This document shows, one piece after another, positions 16,257-20,720 of a DNA stretch of 20,720 nt; positions within the stretch are counted from its first letter, which is position 1, and each line of letters opens with the position of its first letter. The DNA is taken from NCBI GenBank assembly GCA_041288095.1, contig JBGGMJ010000098.1, forward strand, positions 1 through 20,720. The letters are read 5' to 3'. Both the position numbers and the translations under genes were made by a program. This DNA is from Myxococcota bacterium. Lineage in GTDB: Bacteria > Myxococcota > XYA12-FULL-58-9 > JALHOP01. The notes under the pieces were generated by a model. That model was not told the DNA's origin and made no database searches. It was given only the letters and a program-made list of their open reading frames with translations.

Positions 16257-17603
16257 TCAGGCGGTGGTGCGAATGAACGCCGGATGCAGCGAGGCGCCTA
16301 GCGGCAGGTTGCGCTCGGCAACCCGCAATGCTGCTTGCTGGTTGCCCTGGAGCTGCACGCCGGTGGTGACGTACGAGGCGAAGGTTGCTCTGCGCTCCCC
16401 GGTGCGGATTGCCTCGCGACGATCGGCGTCGCGCGTTTGGTCGGCGCGTGCTCTGTCGGAGCGCGCGGTGCGCAGCGCGGTGGCCTGCACGCCGTCCGCG
16501 GGCAGCGCGTCGAAGGACGCTGTTTCCGCGTACGACTCATCGTAGTAGAGCGGCTCTTCGTCGGCGGGGTCGTAACCGGCGGCGCTGTAGCCGCGATCGA
16601 CGCCATCCGCGAGGGCGCGCCGCTGCTCCGGCGTCCATTCGGAGTACGGCCTGAATCTGTCCGCCGCGGCGGGCTCCGCCAAAGTGGCCCGGATCTCGGG
16701 CCGCGCATAGTAGGCGGCGTTGGCGTCCGTGGCCTCGATGGCGGCCTGATGGAAGCGGGTCCGCGCTTCCGACGGGGCGATATCTTGAGCGACGTATGCT
16801 TCGATGGCGGTCTGCGCGACAGCGTCCGCGGCGCCCAGGATCGCCGCCGGTTCGGTGCCCGGCCGCCGAGCGATGTAATCCTGGAGCATCCGGCTGTAGG
16901 CGCCGGGGTACGTCGGCAGCGACACCGCGTAGCGCCCATCTTCCGATTTCTGCGCTGTCGGCCAGAGGGTGTCCGCGATGATCTGAGCGAGCCGCGCCTT
17001 GTCGATATCGTTCGCCGCGGCGTTCGTCACCAGCTCGGGGTTTGCCGCGAGCACGGCATCCATGGCGGTTACGAGGCCATCCCTGTTCGGGGTGATGATG
17101 GCGTCGCCGGATGAGTCAGGCGTGGCGCGTACGGCATTGAGTGCCTGCTTGTCGTTCGCGCTCAGGCCGTCCTCGGGAACCAAGCGGCCGTCGGGCGCGG
17201 CGACGACGACATCGTTTCCGGTAACCGACATGCTGGGCTCGACGACCGGCCGCGGTGTCGCCGCGACCGGCGGCTCGTCGCCTCCCGCTGGCGTGGCATC
17301 ATCACCCGGCGTCGCGTCCGCGGCTGGCGCGGCAACGCGCCGCTGATTGCGCGTGCCGCCGACCGTGACCCCCGCGTTCGCGTCCGGTGCGGCGATTGCC
17401 GGCTGCACCCCATCGGCGGGCTTGGCATTGATGGTCGGTCGCTTGGCGTTGAGGAGCTCGAGAACACCGCCCTTGAGGTCGACCGCGGCGCCGTCGGTGC
17501 GGCAGACGCCGTCCGCCATAACGGGCTCTTTTTTGACGGGCTGGGGCTCGACCGCTGCTGGCAGCGGCTTGGCGCAGACTATGGAGATCTTGGTCGAAGT
17601 CAT
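16257..17603 (-). CDS. Hypothetical protein with a Pro/Ala-rich disordered N-terminus and helical C-terminal part
   Basis: Long ORF with plausible composition, convergent with rho (15-nt gap). Start uncertain: ATG 17603 (MTSTKISIVC) or ATG 17519 (MADGVC, preceded by AAGAG). Confidence 0.75.
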   Translation of the reverse strand: MTSTKISIVCAKPLPAAVEPQPVKKEPVMADGVCRTDGAAVDLKGGVLELLNAKRPTINAKPADGVQPAIAAPDANAGVTVGGTRNQRRVAAPAADATPGDDATPAGGDEPPVAATPRPVVEPSMSVTGNDVVVAAPDGRLVPEDGLSANDKQALNAVRATPDSSGDAIITPNRDGLVTAMDAVLAANPELVTNAAANDIDKARLAQIIADTLWPTAQKSEDGRYAVSLPTYPGAYSRMLQDYIARRPGTEPAAILGAADAVAQTAIEAYVAQDIAPSEARTRFHQAAIEATDANAAYYARPEIRATLAEPAAADRFRPYSEWTPEQRRALADGVDRGYSAAGYDPADEEPLYYDESYAETASFDALPADGVQATALRTARSDRARADQTRDADRREAIRTGERRATFASYVTTGVQLQGNQQAALRVAERNLPLGASLHPAFIRTTA

Positions 17604-17620
17604 GCGTCGCGTCCGATGGC

Positions 17621-17670
17621 GCCAAGGGTGCGCCACCATCAGTCCATACATTAACTCTAAGCCCTTGATC
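17621..17670 (-). promoter_or_regulatory. Candidate sigma54 -24/-12 element plus IHF-like site
   Basis: Minus strand TGGCGCACCCTTGGC (17635-17621; GG-N10-GC spacing) and GATCAAGGGCTTA (17670-17658; one mismatch to the IHF consensus WATCAANNNNTTR). Confidence 0.4.
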
Positions 17671-17759
17671 TGGCGATAACTTTTGCCTGGAATTTGTCGC
17701 GCCGGGGCTCCAATTTCTTTAAGTAGCGCGCGGGCTTAGGGGCGCGTACAAACGCCCAC

Positions 17760-19109
17760 ATGCGGGCGACGCTGCTCGGGCATGCCAGTTACGTGGTCGA
17801 AGGTGGGGGAGCGACCATCTTCGTGGACCCGGTGTTTTTCGACCCCTTCGAGAAGACCTGCATCTCCTGTCCGAAGCGGGTGGTGCACCGCGACAAGCTC
17901 CCCCGCGCCAACGCCGTCTTCCTGTCGCATGCCCATCGCGACCACTTCGACCAGCAATCGCTCGAAACTTTGCCCCGCAGCACTCCGGTTTACGTCCCTG
18001 ACGACGACGAGCTCCGCGAGAGCCTCCACCGCATGGGGTTTTACAAGGTGCAGGTGCTGTCGCCGTTCGAGCCGACCCGCATCAAGGACTTGTCCGTTAT
18101 CGCGACATTCTCGCGCGACCCACGTGAATACGGCTTCGTTTGGGTCGACGATAGCGCCGCCATCTGGGACCAGGTCGACACCATCGTCGATCAGCGCAGC
18201 TGCGTGGAAGTGGCGAAGCTCCTCGAGCGCCCGCTCGACGTGGCGATCGTCACTTACATGCCGCTGCTCGAGTACGCCGAGTCGTGGGTGAGCGAAGACG
18301 AGTTTCCGCGTGCCCGCTATGACCGACTGCTCGAGACCGCGCTGATGGCGAAGGCCGGCACGGTGATACCGGGCTCGTCCGGCGAGCGTCATGAGGCCGA
18401 CCGCGAGTGGCTCAACCACCGCATCTTCCCGGCGAGCCGCGAGAAGTTCCTCGCCGACCTGCGGGACATCGCGCCCGAGCAGAAGTCGCACGTCATCAAT
18501 CCGGGCGACACCATCGTCGTCGAGCGCGGTAAGGACATCGTGGTCGAGAGGTCCGCTTACGCGGACACCATTGCCGTCGATACCGACCGTGTTCGCTTCG
18601 ACCCCGCGAGCTCGCCGCCGCCGCCGCTCGTCGACGACAACCTGCCGGGCTACGAGGAAGCGCACCTCGCGCAAGTGCTCGGCGTGATGATCGAGCAGCA
18701 ACTACCGCTCGCGATGCGTAACGCCATGACGGACACCGTTACCGGGCCCCTTCGCACTCTGTGGGACCGACGTGCCCACCTGCAGCTCGAGTTCGTGACT
18801 CCGAAGGCGACTCTCACTTGGCACCTCGCGAGTTGGTCGCCGCCGGCATGGAAGCCGGGCGCGGAACCCAAGCCGGACTACGTCTTTCGTTACGTGGCCA
18901 GCGACGTTGTGGCCTACATCGACCGCAAGCGAGCCGATCTCCCGCGCGGCTACCACCTTCGCTTCGACAATCCGCCGACTCCGGGCGAGCCGTATCGTTT
19001 GATGGCGCTCGACCCGGCGCGGCTCCACGGCGTCGATATCTACTGGAGCGTCGACGAGCAGTACTGGTGGAGCCCGCTGCTCATCTTCACGAGCGGTGTC
19101 CGCGATTGA
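17760..19109 (+). CDS. Metallo-beta-lactamase-fold protein (UlaG/CMAH-like) with a C-terminal extension
   Basis: LGHASYVVE...IFVDPVF and the metal motif SHAHRDH (HxHxDH); later DQVDT and VIPGSSG; 449 aa. Confidence 0.88.
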   Translation: MRATLLGHASYVVEGGGATIFVDPVFFDPFEKTCISCPKRVVHRDKLPRANAVFLSHAHRDHFDQQSLETLPRSTPVYVPDDDELRESLHRMGFYKVQVLSPFEPTRIKDLSVIATFSRDPREYGFVWVDDSAAIWDQVDTIVDQRSCVEVAKLLERPLDVAIVTYMPLLEYAESWVSEDEFPRARYDRLLETALMAKAGTVIPGSSGERHEADREWLNHRIFPASREKFLADLRDIAPEQKSHVINPGDTIVVERGKDIVVERSAYADTIAVDTDRVRFDPASSPPPPLVDDNLPGYEEAHLAQVLGVMIEQQLPLAMRNAMTDTVTGPLRTLWDRRAHLQLEFVTPKATLTWHLASWSPPAWKPGAEPKPDYVFRYVASDVVAYIDRKRADLPRGYHLRFDNPPTPGEPYRLMALDPARLHGVDIYWSVDEQYWWSPLLIFTSGVRD

Positions 19110-20086
19110 GCACGTTTCGCGACGAGAACGTCCGCTACCTCCGCCCGCTGTGGCTGCGTGCGCTGGCCGTCTACGCGCTGCTCATTGGCATCTTGGCCTA
19201 CTCGTTTTTGAACTGGCCCGGCAGTCTCGGCGGCGCTTGGCCAATCGGCGTGGGCGTCGCGGCGGGCCTCGGAGTCGTCGTTGCGCGACGCATCAGGCGC
19301 AAGGGCAAGGTCGATCAAGCGATGCAGAGCGCTTCAGCGGACGCCGCGGCGCGCACTCTGTTCGGCGACTACATCAACATGCCGGGTCGCGCGGTCGTGC
19401 CGCTCGTCGTCACTGGTACGGCGCAGGTCCACGTCATCTACGGTAACTTCGAGCGCGCTCAGGAGATGCTCGCCGCCTATCCCTGGAACAAGGAGCCGCC
19501 GTTCATTCGCGGTGATCATGACTTCGTTTTGGCGGTGATGGAGCACGTGCGGGGCAACCACGCAGCGGCACTCGCTTTGCGCGACGCCATGATGCCGTTG
19601 ATGGAGATCCCGAGGATCATTCCCGGGGCCGCGAGGCTAGGGCGCTCGCTCGCTTTCCTCGAAGCCATGGGCAAGGTGCTCGCCCATGACGATCGCCAAG
19701 CGGCGGAGATCCTCGGCGATGCGAAGCTCACACGCAGCTCGCGCTTGCAGAGGGGCGTCGCGGCGTGGGCGCTTGCCACGGCTCACGCCCGCTGGGGAGA
19801 CCGCGAGGCCGCCGATCGTTGGCTCGCGGAGTCGCGGCGCATCCTGCCGCACGCGTATGGCCTGGGTGTCCCGCGTCCCGCCGGCAGCGCACCGGTTTCG
19901 ACCGCCCGAGACGCCACGAATCCTTACGCGGCGCCGTCGGCGGAAGCGATCAACGAGGCTCCTTTCGAAGCCCGCCCGGGGAAGCCGACCTTCTACCGGC
20001 GCTACAAGGTGGTCATCGTGTGCATGTGGGCGTTGGTGTTGTTGGCCGCCCACACCTACCTATCTTGCATCGAGCGCGCATCTTGA
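19106..20086 (+). CDS. Membrane protein: two N-terminal TM helices, TPR-like helical domain, NPYAAP motif, C-terminal TM helix
   Basis: TTG at 19106 overlaps the MBL gene's TGA (TTGA). Hydrophobic segments followed by RRIRRKGK; TPR-like YGNFERAQEML, RGNHAAALAL and WGDREAADRWL; C-terminal VVIVCMWALVLLAA. Confidence 0.78.
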   Translation: MSTFRDENVRYLRPLWLRALAVYALLIGILAYSFLNWPGSLGGAWPIGVGVAAGLGVVVARRIRRKGKVDQAMQSASADAAARTLFGDYINMPGRAVVPLVVTGTAQVHVIYGNFERAQEMLAAYPWNKEPPFIRGDHDFVLAVMEHVRGNHAAALALRDAMMPLMEIPRIIPGAARLGRSLAFLEAMGKVLAHDDRQAAEILGDAKLTRSSRLQRGVAAWALATAHARWGDREAADRWLAESRRILPHAYGLGVPRPAGSAPVSTARDATNPYAAPSAEAINEAPFEARPGKPTFYRRYKVVIVCMWALVLLAAHTYLSCIERAS

Positions 20087-20115
20087 GCTGAACGTTCGGC
20101 GCCGGCGCACCGTTG

Positions 20116-20144
20116 TTGGACAATACTTCGGACCCAGGTACCAT
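20116..20144 (+). promoter_or_regulatory. Candidate sigma70-type promoter for pilB
   Basis: TTGGAC (20116-20121), 17-nt spacer, TACCAT (20139-20144), 56 nt before the ATG. Confidence 0.5.
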
Positions 20145-20200
20145 TCGGGTGCCTAAGCGTCTTTTGGCCCCCTTCTTGAATCATGCGGTGACTATTTCAA

Positions 20201-20720
20201 ATGGCACGACTCGGTGAGCTGCTCGTTCGCGAGAACATCATCAGCGTCAAACAACTTCAGGCCGCTCAGGACGAGCAAAAACGCTCCGGCGGACGGCTCG
20301 GTTCGTCACTCGTCAAGCTCGGTCTCATCGGCGAAGGCGACCTGCTCAGTTTCTTGTCGAAGCAGTACCACGTGCCGTCGATCAACCTGGACGACTTCCA
20401 GATCGACGCCGAGATCATCAAGCTCATCAACGAGGACGTAGCGCAGAAGCACCAGGTCATTCCCGTCCACCGTAGTGGCTCGTCGCTCGTGATCGCGATG
20501 GCGGACCCCTCGAACATCTACGCCATCGACGACGTCAAGTTCCTCACCGGCTACAACGTCGAGGTCGTCGTCGCCAGCGAAACGCAGATCGCCAAGGCCA
20601 TCGAGCGCAGCTACAAGAGCGGCAACGAAGGGGCTTCCTACGACGAGGTCATGCAGGGCTTCGACGAAGGTGAGATCGACTTCAGCGGCGACGACGAGGG
20701 CAACGTCAACGTCAACGACC
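20201..20720 (+). CDS. pilB: Type IV-A pilus assembly ATPase PilB (3'-partial; N-terminal MshEN/T2SSE_N region)
   Basis: Manual translation: MARLGELLVRENIISVKQLQAAQDEQKRSGGRLGSSLVKLGLIGEGDLLSFLSKQYHVPSINL...LVIAMADPSNIYAIDDVKFLTGYNVEVVVASE, the typical deltaproteobacterial PilB N-terminus. Open to the window end and absent from the ORF track. Confidence 0.93.
   Translation, partial: MARLGELLVRENIISVKQLQAAQDEQKRSGGRLGSSLVKLGLIGEGDLLSFLSKQYHVPSINLDDFQIDAEIIKLINEDVAQKHQVIPVHRSGSSLVIAMADPSNIYAIDDVKFLTGYNVEVVVASETQIAKAIERSYKSGNEGASYDEVMQGFDEGEIDFSGDDEGNVNVND

Noticed and set aside
17652..17686. Plus-strand sigma28-like (TAAC-N16-GGCGATAA) or sigma54-like (TGGC...TTGC) promoter for the MBL gene
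   Set aside because: Mismatches to consensus and spacing off by one base in both cases.
18761..19105. N-terminal extension of the 441-aa ORF (also the extended starts at 8767, 13880, 14811 and 17651)
   Set aside because: They overlap neighbouring genes or regulatory DNA; downstream starts fit coupling, SD or signal-peptide evidence better.
20165..20179. sigma54-like TGGCCCCCTTCTTGA upstream of pilB
   Set aside because: The -12 position reads GA rather than GC, and a better sigma70-like pair lies upstream.
1..20720. CRISPR array, tRNA/rRNA, transposase/integrase
   Set aside because: No regularly spaced repeats, RNA-gene signatures or recombinase motifs seen; intergenic gaps are all under about 250 nt.

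Overview
GC-rich bacterial chromosomal segment, most likely Myxococcota or a related deltaproteobacterium (inferred from a myxobacterial-type PilB N-terminus and a long multi-POTRA Omp85 gene downstream of tamB). The core is housekeeping and envelope genes: tamB-omp85, coaBC, a HEAT-repeat gene, rho, and the 5' part of pilB, which the ORF track misses. There are two accessory blocks. Left (1-5681, all + strand): a >1140-aa protein truncated by the window edge, with a Gly/Ala hydrophobic hairpin and what looks like a degenerate HD-fold domain. It is followed by a LuxR-type regulator, a stand-alone GAF-like protein, a 62-aa G/Q/S/N-rich peptide ending in CCGA, and a 145-aa orphan translationally coupled to the peptide. 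Right (16257-20086): an orphan low-complexity protein behind a candidate sigma54/IHF promoter, divergent from an MBL-fold enzyme coupled to a membrane/TPR-like protein. The left block is the best candidate for an undescribed system. No rRNA, tRNA, CRISPR array or mobile element was seen. All family assignments come from motif recognition by eye; no searches were run.
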